DNA of 63,965 bases, filler included, from Theionarchaea archaeon (GCA_018992565.1; 3 parts of 3 records of this genome joined end to end with filler, not necessarily neighbours in it); one strand, 5' to 3'; numbered from the whole stretch's first letter, positions 10,549-22,314 are shown. The notes: generated by a model from the letters alone, not told the origin. Translations and numbers: made by a program.

Positions 10549-10725
10549 TCAGAAAGTTGGCTGAACTTCAAGAGCACAGAAAGTTGGCTGAACTTCAAGA
10601 GCACAGAAAGTTGGCTGAACTTCAAGAGCACAGAAAGTTGGCTGAACTTCAAGAGCACAATAGAGTGTTCCACTCTCGTCTCTCAAATTGAGATTCTTAT
10701 CACTGACCACAGATTTCATGAACAT
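10549..10725 (-). CDS. Putative RiPP precursor, 58 aa: MFMKSVVSDKNLNLRDESGTLY(CALEVQPTF)x4
   Basis: Translated by hand. GGAGGTGA lies 4 nt before ATG 10725, and TGA falls immediately after the 4th repeat. Same strand as, and directly upstream of, two SPASM maturases. Below the ORF-track size cutoff. Confidence 0.9.
   Translation of the reverse strand: MFMKSVVSDKNLNLRDESGTLYCALEVQPTFCALEVQPTFCALEVQPTFCALEVQPTF
10551..10658. repeat. Four identical 27-bp tandem repeats (AGAAAGTTGGCTGAACTTCAAGAGCAC) encoding the precursor cores
   Basis: Copies start at 10551, 10578, 10605 and 10632, with no spacers. Confidence 0.98.
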
Positions 10726-10767
10726 GTGTTCACCTCCTAAGGATTTCTTTTTTCTAGTCCAGAAGAG

Positions 10768-10781
10768 TATTTAAAGTTATG
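10768..10781 (-). promoter_or_regulatory. TATA box of the locus 1 precursor operon
   Basis: TTTAAATA on the minus strand (10775-10768), about 43 nt upstream of the precursor ATG. Confidence 0.65.
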
Positions 10782-10869
10782 GTTGCCCGACTCTCGAGTG
10801 GATAGGGTGTTCATGTACTAATACTGATTGTTGTTGACAAATCCAGAGGATTATTCAAGAAGTCCCAAT

Positions 10870-12309
10870 TCAGAATAACCCCAACCTTTTCCTCATGATC
10901 ACCTGCAGCATTCGAAGCCCTGTTTTCACATTCTGCACCTTCCCAGCGGAATGTTTTGATTCCCCTCCACGTCTCCTGCAGTATGTAACTGGAATTTCAG
11001 TCACTGTCATATCCGCTTTCAGGGTTTCAACCATCATCTCTACAGAGAAAGGTGCTCCCTCGGCCCGCATATTGTCCCGAATTCTCTGGTAGGTCCACTT
11101 CCACAGCCCCCGGTACGTGCACCCCACATCGGTGAATGAAGCTCCCTTATTACACCATAACACACTCACCAGCTTTCCCAAAGCTCTGTTTCCCCATCTC
11201 AAGAACCAGTCCATGTTAGCTCCCTGTTCAATCATGCTTTTGGAGGTCCTGGTCCCCACCACCATGTCAGCCTCTTTTAGCTGCTCCACAATGCTGGGAA
11301 GATCCTTCGATCTAAAAGAGTGATCTGACTCTGTTATCACTACTATGTCTTCCTTTGCAGCGTCCATACCGCATTTGAGTGCATTCCCATACCCCTGTCT
11401 TGGTTCTGATACGACTCGAGCCCCTTCCTTTTCAGCAATTTTCGCTGTCCCATCAACGGAATTATTATCTACTACGATGATTTCAGCCACTGGTGTGCGA
11501 GAGAAATCGTCTATGACTCTCTTGATAGAGGCTTCCTCATTATATGCAGGCATCACAACAGAAATCGAATACGAATCAAAATGAGACCGTCGCCATTGGT
11601 ACGTGGCCCGATTCAAGTCATGTATTGTATTAATATTTGTATAGAACCCTTCCAGAAAGAAGGCATACACCTTAGATTCCTGGTGGGCGAGCGTATCAAT
11701 GACATCAGTAATCTCGATTTCATTTCGTAGAGAGGAGGGAGAAGCATTCCTGATGTAGTCAAATATCAGTGGGGTAAACGCATAGGTGCCGACTCCCAGG
11801 AGATCAGTCCCGGGTGAACCAGGCTTTTCTATCACAGAGAGTATTCTGTCACCTTCAAGGCGTGCAGTATAATTCTGCTGGATGGCTTTCAGATCATCTG
11901 TCTCTTGAAAGGCACAGATAGCATTGAAGTCACGGGAGAACAGTGAGAGCATATCCTGATGGTTGGTGTCAATATACATTTCGTCCCCCAGGATGACAAA
12001 AAAGGGGGTGTCAATATACTCTTCCCCTAACCCAATGGCATGACCTATTCCTCTAGGAGTTTTCTGGGTAATATAGTTGATTTCCAGTCCCAGAGAAGAC
12101 CCGTCTTCAAAATATGAGCTAATCTGGTCTCCGTACTCTCCAGTAACAATATATACTTCTCTGCAGTCTAGGTTCGTCTTGAGCAATTCGAGGTTGTACT
12201 GGAGGAGGGGTTTCCCGTGTATGGTGAGCATTGCTTTTGGCTTCTTTTCTGTTATGGGGTACATGCGTAACCCCCTCCCGGCAGCAGGAATGAGTGCTAC
12301 ATTGGTCAT
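10870..12309 (-). CDS. Fusion of sugar-phosphate nucleotidyltransferase (RmlA/GlmU-like) and GT2 (DPM-synthase-like) glycosyltransferase
   Basis: AAGRGLRMYP...PKAM and ILGDE in the N half; SVVMPAYNEE, VVDNNSVDGT, GYGNAL in the C half. Confidence 0.9.
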   Translation of the reverse strand: MTNVALIPAAGRGLRMYPITEKKPKAMLTIHGKPLLQYNLELLKTNLDCREVYIVTGEYGDQISSYFEDGSSLGLEINYITQKTPRGIGHAIGLGEEYIDTPFFVILGDEMYIDTNHQDMLSLFSRDFNAICAFQETDDLKAIQQNYTARLEGDRILSVIEKPGSPGTDLLGVGTYAFTPLIFDYIRNASPSSLRNEIEITDVIDTLAHQESKVYAFFLEGFYTNINTIHDLNRATYQWRRSHFDSYSISVVMPAYNEEASIKRVIDDFSRTPVAEIIVVDNNSVDGTAKIAEKEGARVVSEPRQGYGNALKCGMDAAKEDIVVITESDHSFRSKDLPSIVEQLKEADMVVGTRTSKSMIEQGANMDWFLRWGNRALGKLVSVLWCNKGASFTDVGCTYRGLWKWTYQRIRDNMRAEGAPFSVEMMVETLKADMTVTEIPVTYCRRRGGESKHSAGKVQNVKTGLRMLQVIMRKRLGLF

Positions 12310-12459
12310 GGGTCATGCCTCTCTTTCAGTAGGTACCAGTATTTTTATATAAAGGTTCAGTTGTCTCTGTCTCTAGGTTAAGTGTGAACTATCGAATTGA
12401 GAACCTGATTGTGTCGTTTTTGTTTCTAACCTTTATAAACAAATACACCAAGAATATTC

Positions 12460-15006
12460 ATGGAGCTGAAGCACACCAGAGTGATATCCTTTCTCGTCCT
12501 TGCTTTACTCACCGGGCTGGACACGCCCTTGAGACCCATCTTCTCTCTGGTGCTGTTCAGCTACTTTCCAGGGTTGCTCATAGTGTCCCTGATGAAGAAA
12601 AGGGTTGATATTCCAGAACTCGTGGGACTCCCCCTCCTGGTGGGAATTTCTTTCTGGATTCTCTTCTTTTATTGGACATCAGGACTTCCTGTTCTCACCT
12701 GGTATGTGCTGGGAGGGGTATCCTTTGTGTGCGCTGTTCTTGCAGATAGACAGACCCTGATGGTTTCATATGAACATTATTGGAGTGTATTCATTCTGGG
12801 ATTCTGCTGTCTGTTTGTTGTTTCTTATCTGTATCCTTGGGATCAGTTCTTCCAATGGATGCCTCCTGGAGATGACATGAAGTTTCACATTCCTCAGATT
12901 GAATATATTATTTCTGAACACGCTCTCCCTCAGGACTATGGTGCTTTGTACCCTGAAATATCCACACTCACCTATTCTCTGGGGTACCATATTACCGCCG
13001 GGTTGACAGTGGTTGCTGGCTATTCTATACCTTCTGTTATAGTTGCTACTTTTTTTATTGTTTCCCTGGCATGTTTTTCTTTTTATTATCTGGGGAAGAC
13101 ATTATTCGACTGGAAAACTGGAATCTATGCGGCTTTTTCTTTTGCGTTCCTGTCATTGTTTTTCCACCGGCTGTCCTCTACGGGAACGTATCCTAATCTG
13201 TTGGCTGTGGCACTGCACGTTGCAGGGCTTTCTCTTCTCGTTGAGATCATGGTTGAGAAACCTGGTGTTTCCAGACTCTTTGAAGAAGTGAACAAGAGAT
13301 GTGGGATTCTCTGTGTGATTCTGTTGTTTTCAGGGGCTGCAGAAACCCATCCCTATATTCTGGTGTTGGAGGGTATGGTTCTGGGAATTACGTTGTTATA
13401 CTGGTCATGGAAGCGGGATTTCAGGGCAGGGGCACTCAGTGTCGTGACAGGTGCGGGAGTCTTGTTGCTTTTAGTTCCTTTCTTTCTCAGATTTGATCCG
13501 GAACCACTTTCTGAACTTGAAATTGCCACATTTACTGCCTGGTACAGAATTGATTCTTTCCTGTCAATGCAGGATCTCATACGGAATATTGGAATTATCA
13601 GCCCACTCTTATTGTTTCTGGGAGTGTTTGGCTGTATGATGGTTGAAAGAAGATGGATTCTAGGTATATGGAGCATAAGCATGATGATTATTCCCCTGCT
13701 GTCTGTTTTCCAGATACGGTATCCCGAATGGTACACTATTTCTCCCAACAGGTTCTTTTTCTTCTTGTTCATGCCACTCTCTATCATGTCTGGGAGGTTC
13801 CTTTCCTCTATGGAAGAATATATGACTTTCAGGAGGTTTGCAGGGTTCCTGCTTATCCTGATCGTGGTGTCAACGGGAATGCATCATCACAACCTCTTCC
13901 ATTCTTTTTCACAGGACCCCGTCTCTCAAGTTCAGATGAATACCGACGATGCCTTTGTCATTGACTGGATTGCAGCTTATACACCTCACGATGCAGTCAT
14001 TCTCAATACTGGGCCTGTGGCAGACTGCTCTTCATGGGTTCCTGCACTGGCAAGAAGGAAGGTGATTTTTCCCTTTTTTTCAGGGCACCGAGGTGATAAC
14101 TGCATAAAAACTCTGAAACCCTACAGCAAACTGGCTGATCTGAAGGTACTCACTCATACCCCCGATTCTGATCTGGCTCTCACTGTTCTGGAGAAGTATG
14201 GCATCCGGTATATTTACATTCCTGCCTGGAGGCAAATTCCGTGGCTCGACCTCCACCCGGAGCTCTTGGTGGGCTCCCCATTGTACCGGACACTGACCAA
14301 AAAGGGAGATGCATACTTGTTCGAAGTACAGGGTGATACTCATCCAAAAACGACGTACTTCACAGTGATGGAAGCCAAGCAGATCTCCTCATGTTCAGGC
14401 ATGGTTTCTCTCTTCTTTGACCCTGTAGTCTCCTTTGGAGTCCGAGGAATCCTGTACGTACAGATAGATTATGCAGATACAACACATGAGCAAATTGACA
14501 TTTATGCCAATGAGAAATACCAGGAAACTATATACACGTATCTCACCGGTGAGGAGAGATCACTGCTACTCCCTCTTTCTCCACTGGAACCCTCGACCAT
14601 TCTCTTCAGAGGGACAAATGATTTCGTTCTGGAGGGAATTTCTCTTCTGGTTGGTGTTGAGGACTGCATTCGTCTTTCTGAAACTGTTGGGTTACAGGGA
14701 GAATGGGCAAGAACAGAATCTGGCGTCATTGCTCCAGCTGGTGAGAAGAACCTCCAGGTTCTGGTGGTCACTGTGTCTGGAGGGGAGGTCACATTGGTGT
14801 ATAGAGACGTGGGCATGGGGGATGTTACAATCTTTGGAATTGATGTCCACGGGGAGCGGCACTTCCTCCAGACTATCTCCAGAGAGGGCACAGGAAATGA
14901 TGGAACAGTCACCATCTCTCTTCAGGGAGAGTACTCAGTTCTGGCTCTGGGTGTAGACGTCCATGGCGATGACTTTCTCATAGTAGGGATCACATATACT
15001 ACGTGA
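12460..15006 (+). CDS. Large polytopic membrane protein, GT-C-like glycosyltransferase with extracellular C-terminal domain
   Basis: Many TM helices; loop PPGDDMKFH..YSLGYH; DWIAAYTPHDAVIL and KYGIRYIYI resemble PMT/STT3-like soluble domains; divergent from the GT2 fusion. Confidence 0.65.
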   Translation: MELKHTRVISFLVLALLTGLDTPLRPIFSLVLFSYFPGLLIVSLMKKRVDIPELVGLPLLVGISFWILFFYWTSGLPVLTWYVLGGVSFVCAVLADRQTLMVSYEHYWSVFILGFCCLFVVSYLYPWDQFFQWMPPGDDMKFHIPQIEYIISEHALPQDYGALYPEISTLTYSLGYHITAGLTVVAGYSIPSVIVATFFIVSLACFSFYYLGKTLFDWKTGIYAAFSFAFLSLFFHRLSSTGTYPNLLAVALHVAGLSLLVEIMVEKPGVSRLFEEVNKRCGILCVILLFSGAAETHPYILVLEGMVLGITLLYWSWKRDFRAGALSVVTGAGVLLLLVPFFLRFDPEPLSELEIATFTAWYRIDSFLSMQDLIRNIGIISPLLLFLGVFGCMMVERRWILGIWSISMMIIPLLSVFQIRYPEWYTISPNRFFFFLFMPLSIMSGRFLSSMEEYMTFRRFAGFLLILIVVSTGMHHHNLFHSFSQDPVSQVQMNTDDAFVIDWIAAYTPHDAVILNTGPVADCSSWVPALARRKVIFPFFSGHRGDNCIKTLKPYSKLADLKVLTHTPDSDLALTVLEKYGIRYIYIPAWRQIPWLDLHPELLVGSPLYRTLTKKGDAYLFEVQGDTHPKTTYFTVMEAKQISSCSGMVSLFFDPVVSFGVRGILYVQIDYADTTHEQIDIYANEKYQETIYTYLTGEERSLLLPLSPLEPSTILFRGTNDFVLEGISLLVGVEDCIRLSETVGLQGEWARTESGVIAPAGEKNLQVLVVTVSGGEVTLVYRDVGMGDVTIFGIDVHGERHFLQTISREGTGNDGTVTISLQGEYSVLALGVDVHGDDFLIVGITYTT

Positions 15007-15051
15007 TAAAGGAAAAGGAAATTTTAAATGGGATGGCACTAAATATGGTCC

Positions 15052-15741
15052 ATGATTTTATTTGACGAATCACATAGTGAATTCTGTACGATTTCAGAGG
15101 TCAGGAAAAAACGATCATATTTAGCATGGAAAGAAAGTGTTAATCATGAAGTCGTTCCCTTACTATCCAGAAAAGAGTTTATAACGCGTCTTTCTCAGGC
15201 GAAAGTCATGGTGGTTGCTGAACCACATTCCTATTTTGTGCTGGATGAAACGCTGGCTCTCATTGATTTTGTAATGAAAGGGGGATCATTACTCCTCATT
15301 GGCAATCATCACAATACTTCTCGGTATTATTCATATGGATGCAACGAGATCTTGAACGTGATTTCCAGTCCCTTTGGGATGCGATTCAATGATGATGGAG
15401 TAGTCTTCTATGGAGAGAATGTGATCCAGAAGTTTGGGGACCATCCTGTATGTGCAGATGTTGAGCTCCTTCACTACTGGAGAGGCTGTTCTATCACCTT
15501 ATTGAGGCAGAAAAGGAAGTATGTGGCAGAGGGAGTAGCTTTTGGCTCCCGGCATGATGTGTCTGAAGTGTACAGGAGAGAACCAATAGTGGCTGCCCTG
15601 TACGAGAAGAATGGGAAGGTATTTTGTCTTGGAGATTCCAGTGCTTGGTCAGATCCAGATACTGAAGTTGAAGATGACAATTTTGCTTTTGCGCAAAATG
15701 TGATGGAATGGGTATTGAAGAACAATCTGAAACCAGAATAG
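15052..15741 (+). CDS. DUF4350/GATase1-like domain protein
   Basis: MILFDESHSE, FVMKGGSLLLIG, GKVFCLGDSS, NFAFAQNVMEW. Confidence 0.65.
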   Translation: MILFDESHSEFCTISEVRKKRSYLAWKESVNHEVVPLLSRKEFITRLSQAKVMVVAEPHSYFVLDETLALIDFVMKGGSLLLIGNHHNTSRYYSYGCNEILNVISSPFGMRFNDDGVVFYGENVIQKFGDHPVCADVELLHYWRGCSITLLRQKRKYVAEGVAFGSRHDVSEVYRREPIVAALYEKNGKVFCLGDSSAWSDPDTEVEDDNFAFAQNVMEWVLKNNLKPE

Positions 15742-15862
15742 GATAGCCTGACAATCAGTACCTATGAAAGGCTGGAAATCAAGAGAGCATGGAGAAGACT
15801 GTGTATGGGTTACATTGCCCTGCGTGCAGAGACAGCCTCTTATCTTGAACATTTGTGTGAGG

Positions 15863-18510
<2,648 letters not shown>

Positions 18511-18621
18511 TGATTTTCTTCCTGTTGAATTGAGTGTTGCTTCAGGGCCGCTTTGCTGTAGCTGGAAAGGCGAATAGAGTCATTCGTATTCAGAAAACGA
18601 GACACGTGTATTGGAACGTAC

Positions 18622-21222
18622 TTATATGAACTTTCCTTGGAATTCACTTCTCATCTTGACTAATTCCTCTAGTGCTTGCTCTATTATGAGCGTAGGTATG
18701 GATTTAGTTAATTCGTATGAAACTTTGCTATAGTAATACACGTTTTGCGTATTCTTGTCTATGCGAGTAGTTCGCAATCTCTTGTTGCCCAAAAGCCATT
18801 CTTCTGCAGTCTTCATATCTGAATTGAGAGCTTTGAGAGCACGAGTGGCGAAGAAAGCTTCTTTTGGCGTTAGTTCGAGGGAAAAACGAGCCATTATCCA
18901 TTGTCTACATGCATCCATGTTCTGGATTTTGAGAGTGCCGAGCAAAGAAAGCGATTCTACTGCATAACACGTCTGTAATAAAGGGGAACACGTATCATAC
19001 TCGAAACTGAAATAGCTCCCATTAAAGGAGTTTAACACCCATGTAGTGTGTCTTGACATGTTTTTCGTCTCTTCAAGAAGAGAGAGTGACTGCACTGCAT
19101 AGTACAAGGCTTCAATTTGTGCATGTCCGTCAATAATGAAAGAGAACCCTCCTTCTTCTCTTTCGGTCGCAAGAATCCAACTCAGGACTCTCTCATTCAG
19201 GCTGATTTCGAAGAATTTTGCAGTCTTGCTGTGAATAAAGGTTCCTTCTTGATTCGAAAATCCTTTAGCTTCATGATGAAATCCTCCGTCAAGAGACTGG
19301 TGTCTCCTAATGACTTTTTCGATGAATTGCGGATATGTGTCCTCGATGCCATTTCCTGACGAAGCAATCTCGAGGAGAAAGGAGAACCTGAGGAAACTGA
19401 AGGGCATCGTGATTCTGGTAAAATATAAGAGCAAGACAAAGAGTGCTGATAAGAGGAGTAGATTGCCTCCTGGCACTGCTATGAAGGCCTTAACCATGCA
19501 GAAGACAATGTAGAACATGATAGAGACAAATGTAGGTACAATGAGCAAAATAAAAAGAATCAACAAGTAAAACAGAGGGTTACTGACTGTGACAAATTCC
19601 TTCGTCTTCTTGAAAAAGAAGAGAATTCTTTTTTCTGTGTACACATCAACATTTCCACGTATTACAAGAGATAATAGGGCAAAGAAACCCAGTATGAGTA
19701 CACATAGCATCGAGGGAACGAAAGATTGTGGCTCAATTGTAGTATGGAAGAAAAATCCATGGATGATTGTCATGGGGGGCCAGACAAGAGCAACCATAAG
19801 AAATGGAGCAAACAAAAGATACCAGTCTCTAGAATCGAAATCATTGTGTCTGTTGTTAAGAAATCCTGCAAAGGACATCAAGAGGCCGCAGGCACCAAAT
19901 CCTATAGAAATTACTACGCACTCTCTGTCAAGGAAGAGGCCATAACTAGTTATGGCTGCAGCTGATAGAGTAATTGCTGCATTACTCGCAAGGGGAAAAA
20001 AGAAATCCTTACGGACTAGATCGCAAAAGTGTAGGGGCGTTCTGGTAATTGGAAATACATAAGTTATTGCCACCAGGCTGGAAGCTCCAACAAAAGGAAT
20101 GACTCCTTTAAGAAATGCCTCGAATTCTGGTGTCGATGTGATTTGAAACAACACATTTGCATTAATAAAGAAGTGATTAATGGAGTAGTAAAGAAAGACA
20201 GACATTACTCCTATGCAGAATGCAAATACGGGCGAAAAGTTCTCATTCTTCGCTTTGAGAAAAGTCTTTTCATCAATATTATTGAGTCTCTCTTGGAGAG
20301 GTGGATGAGTTGACAGTCCATGTCTTGATTTCGCACCCTGATGAAAACAAAGATTCACGATACCACCCCTTTCCAATGTTCCTATGCTAGCATACTTCAC
20401 CAGAGCTGACTTCAATGAGGTGTCACATCCATGAAAGATGGTATAGGCATCCGCTATTGACTCTCTGGTCCTGGAAAGGGAGCTTTTAAGGAATACCAGG
20501 GAAAAGTAGAGCAGCAGGACGAGAATGGGGAACAGTATGACAGCTTCAAGATCAGGGCTAAGCTCAAAAACAAAGGGATATGAAAATCCAGAATGGGCGG
20601 AGTATACGAATTCTGCATAAGCGAGAGGAAAAGGGGGAATCCAATACTTGAAGCCTTCAAGGAGAATTGTCAACCAAGTGAAGAATCCCACATCGCCTTG
20701 ATAGACATGAGAGAGCTCGTGCGTAATGACAGCATGTTGTTCTTTTTCAGTCAACAATGACATACTCTCAGGAAGTACAAGTACAGACTCTCTTCTGCCT
20801 CTTCCGTAGACGAGAGGTGAAATTCCTAGTGATGTACTTTTCACTTTTGGCGTTGCAGCCAGACTAACAAGACGACTGATTTTTCGAACATTTCCTGGCG
20901 TCTTCATATCTTTGAGATGGAGACGCCTTTCAACTAGCATGAGAAGAAACTCATACACGACTATACCTAAGAATAATGGAAGAAGGAAATAGACAGAAAG
21001 GATGAAGAATTTGAAACTACCAGTGTGGAAATACAAGGAAATGAAGACAAGTGATACGCTACAAAACAAAAAATACAGACACAATAAAACAGCAAGGATA
21101 AGCAGAATCTGAATATCGCTCTCATACTTGTCAATTATTCTCTTTCTCTTTCCTACACAGAGATAGAAAATAGGAATTGACATACCCAATAGATAACACC
21201 ATGCTATTACTGCAGAACCCAT
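18622..21222 (-). CDS. M48/HtpX-like zinc metalloprotease with multi-TM region and C-terminal prenyltransferase-like alpha/alpha repeat domain
   Basis: HELSH, RESIAD and STHPPLQERL M48 motifs; DGGF/EGGF repeats followed by YYAVQSLSLL and CYAVESLSLL. Confidence 0.75.
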   Translation of the reverse strand: MGSAVIAWCYLLGMSIPIFYLCVGKRKRIIDKYESDIQILLILAVLLCLYFLFCSVSLVFISLYFHTGSFKFFILSVYFLLPLFLGIVVYEFLLMLVERRLHLKDMKTPGNVRKISRLVSLAATPKVKSTSLGISPLVYGRGRRESVLVLPESMSLLTEKEQHAVITHELSHVYQGDVGFFTWLTILLEGFKYWIPPFPLAYAEFVYSAHSGFSYPFVFELSPDLEAVILFPILVLLLYFSLVFLKSSLSRTRESIADAYTIFHGCDTSLKSALVKYASIGTLERGGIVNLCFHQGAKSRHGLSTHPPLQERLNNIDEKTFLKAKNENFSPVFAFCIGVMSVFLYYSINHFFINANVLFQITSTPEFEAFLKGVIPFVGASSLVAITYVFPITRTPLHFCDLVRKDFFFPLASNAAITLSAAAITSYGLFLDRECVVISIGFGACGLLMSFAGFLNNRHNDFDSRDWYLLFAPFLMVALVWPPMTIIHGFFFHTTIEPQSFVPSMLCVLILGFFALLSLVIRGNVDVYTEKRILFFFKKTKEFVTVSNPLFYLLILFILLIVPTFVSIMFYIVFCMVKAFIAVPGGNLLLLSALFVLLLYFTRITMPFSFLRFSFLLEIASSGNGIEDTYPQFIEKVIRRHQSLDGGFHHEAKGFSNQEGTFIHSKTAKFFEISLNERVLSWILATEREEGGFSFIIDGHAQIEALYYAVQSLSLLEETKNMSRHTTWVLNSFNGSYFSFEYDTCSPLLQTCYAVESLSLLGTLKIQNMDACRQWIMARFSLELTPKEAFFATRALKALNSDMKTAEEWLLGNKRLRTTRIDKNTQNVYYYSKVSYELTKSIPTLIIEQALEELVKMRSEFQGKFI

Positions 21223-21302
21223 GGGATATAATATTGCTCTTGGCTGAAAAATGTTTGCTTTCTGATAGAATTCTTTCTACTATTAACAGAGTAAGAAAGC
21301 AG

Positions 21303-21375
21303 TGCCGCGGGCCGGGCTTGAACCAGCGACTTCCAGATCTTCAGTCTGGCGCTCTCCCAACTGAGCTACCGCGGC
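21303..21375 (-). tRNA. tRNA-Phe(GAA), no intron, CCA not encoded
   Basis: GCCGCGG TAGCTCAGTTGGGAGAGC GCCAGA CTGAAGA TCTGG..GCTGGTTCAAGCCCGGC CCGCGGC A folds to a cloverleaf; TTTTTAA box about 26-32 nt upstream. Confidence 0.97.
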
Positions 21376-21429
21376 TATTCTACTGTTTTTCGACTCAGCC
21401 TTAAAAAGATTGTGGTCCCCGTTTTCTCT

Positions 21430-21529
21430 NNNNNNNNNNNNNNNNNNNNNNNNNNNNNNNNNNNNNNNNNNNNTTAATTAATTAANNNNNNNNNNNNNNN
21501 NNNNNNNNNNNNNNNNNNNNNNNNNNNNN
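21430..21529. other. Artificial contig linker (N-run with TTAATTAATTAA six-frame stop)
   Basis: 44 N + TTAATTAATTAA + 44 N. Confidence 0.97.
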
Positions 21530-21530
21530 C

Positions 21531-21788
21531 AGCATATGTGAAACATCCGTTTTTCAGCCGTACCCGGGCTCGGAAGCTTTTGAGAGTCCTGGAGAACATG
21601 ATGTGGTCATTGATTCCTTTCATTGGTCAAACTACAGAGAAAACCCTCCTTTCTTTCCGCCTGTTTCTCACTTGGGTGAATTTTCCCCATTTGAAATCAC
21701 TCAGTGGTACTGGACATTCAGATTACATGTTCTACAATGGCTTACAAGAGCCTTGGGATATACATTCGAAGATCTCAACGAGGTGTAG
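21531..21788 (+). CDS. C-terminal fragment of a probable B12-binding radical SAM protein, truncated by contig start
   Basis: Open frame SICETSVFQPYPGSEAF...FHWSNY; the F.PYPGS motif is typical near the end of class B radical SAM barrels. Confidence 0.5.
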   Translation, partial: SICETSVFQPYPGSEAFESPGEHDVVIDSFHWSNYRENPPFFPPVSHLGEFSPFEITQWYWTFRLHVLQWLTRALGYTFEDLNEV

Positions 21789-21987
21789 GAGATTCTGAAT
21801 GAAGTGAACACATGTCGTTGCAGGAGATGCAAGGACTCTCATGACAATGACTACCAGGTTCCCTGCGAGGAATAGCATTCATGCTAAGAATAAGCTGACT
21901 ACCATATCGATACATGTACCTTTGTTACTGGATAATCGTTCAGAACCCTTTTTAATTTCGCTTTTGAATGTGACGTGAGGTGATGTC

Positions 21988-22131
21988 ATGCAAGCAGTAA
22001 TAGCTCTCATTGGAATAGCAACACGGCTCATACTCTCTGCGGGCCTCATTTATGTCCTGCTCAAGATAGGAAAGGTTCTGGACGTTCTCCCAGACATTCT
22101 GTCGAAAAAGTATGCATCAGAAAACAAATAA
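21988..22131 (+). CDS. Small 47-aa single-TM protein MQAVIALIGIATRLILSAGLIYVLLKIGKVLDVLPDILSKKYASENK
   Basis: TTTTTAA box near 21948-21954, GAGGTGA 4 nt before ATG, and a T-run directly after TAA. Not in the ORF track. Confidence 0.8.
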   Translation: MQAVIALIGIATRLILSAGLIYVLLKIGKVLDVLPDILSKKYASENK

Positions 22132-22314
22132 TCCCTTTCTTTTTTTGTTCTCCCTGGTCATCCCGGCACTGTGAATCAAAGCTTCATCTACCTTCTGGAT
22201 CAGAATTTCTATTCTTGCAGGGAACCCTTCTCCAGTAGTCTTTACACTTCTCTAGTTACCTCTACCTTTCTCTTCTCACTACATAATTGAAACGGGTGCA
22301 AAGGAAAATAACGA

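Noticed and set aside
10551..10658. 27-bp repeats as a CRISPR array
   Set aside because: The repeats are head-to-tail with no spacers, their length is a multiple of 3, there are no cas genes, and they are explained by the precursor ORF.
10455..10740. Track ORFs (ESWLNFKST)n on plus and (VLLKFSQLS)n on minus as the precursor
   Set aside because: Neither has an SD. The first is antisense to the operon and the second overlaps the maturase. Only the CALEVQPTF frame has an SD and stops at the repeat boundary.
21430..21529. TTAATTAATTAA palindrome as a biological site, or an island integrated at tRNA-Phe
   Set aside because: It is a synthetic contig linker, repeated at 42999-43010. No integrase or att duplication of the tRNA 3' end was seen, and adjacency across the linker is not real.
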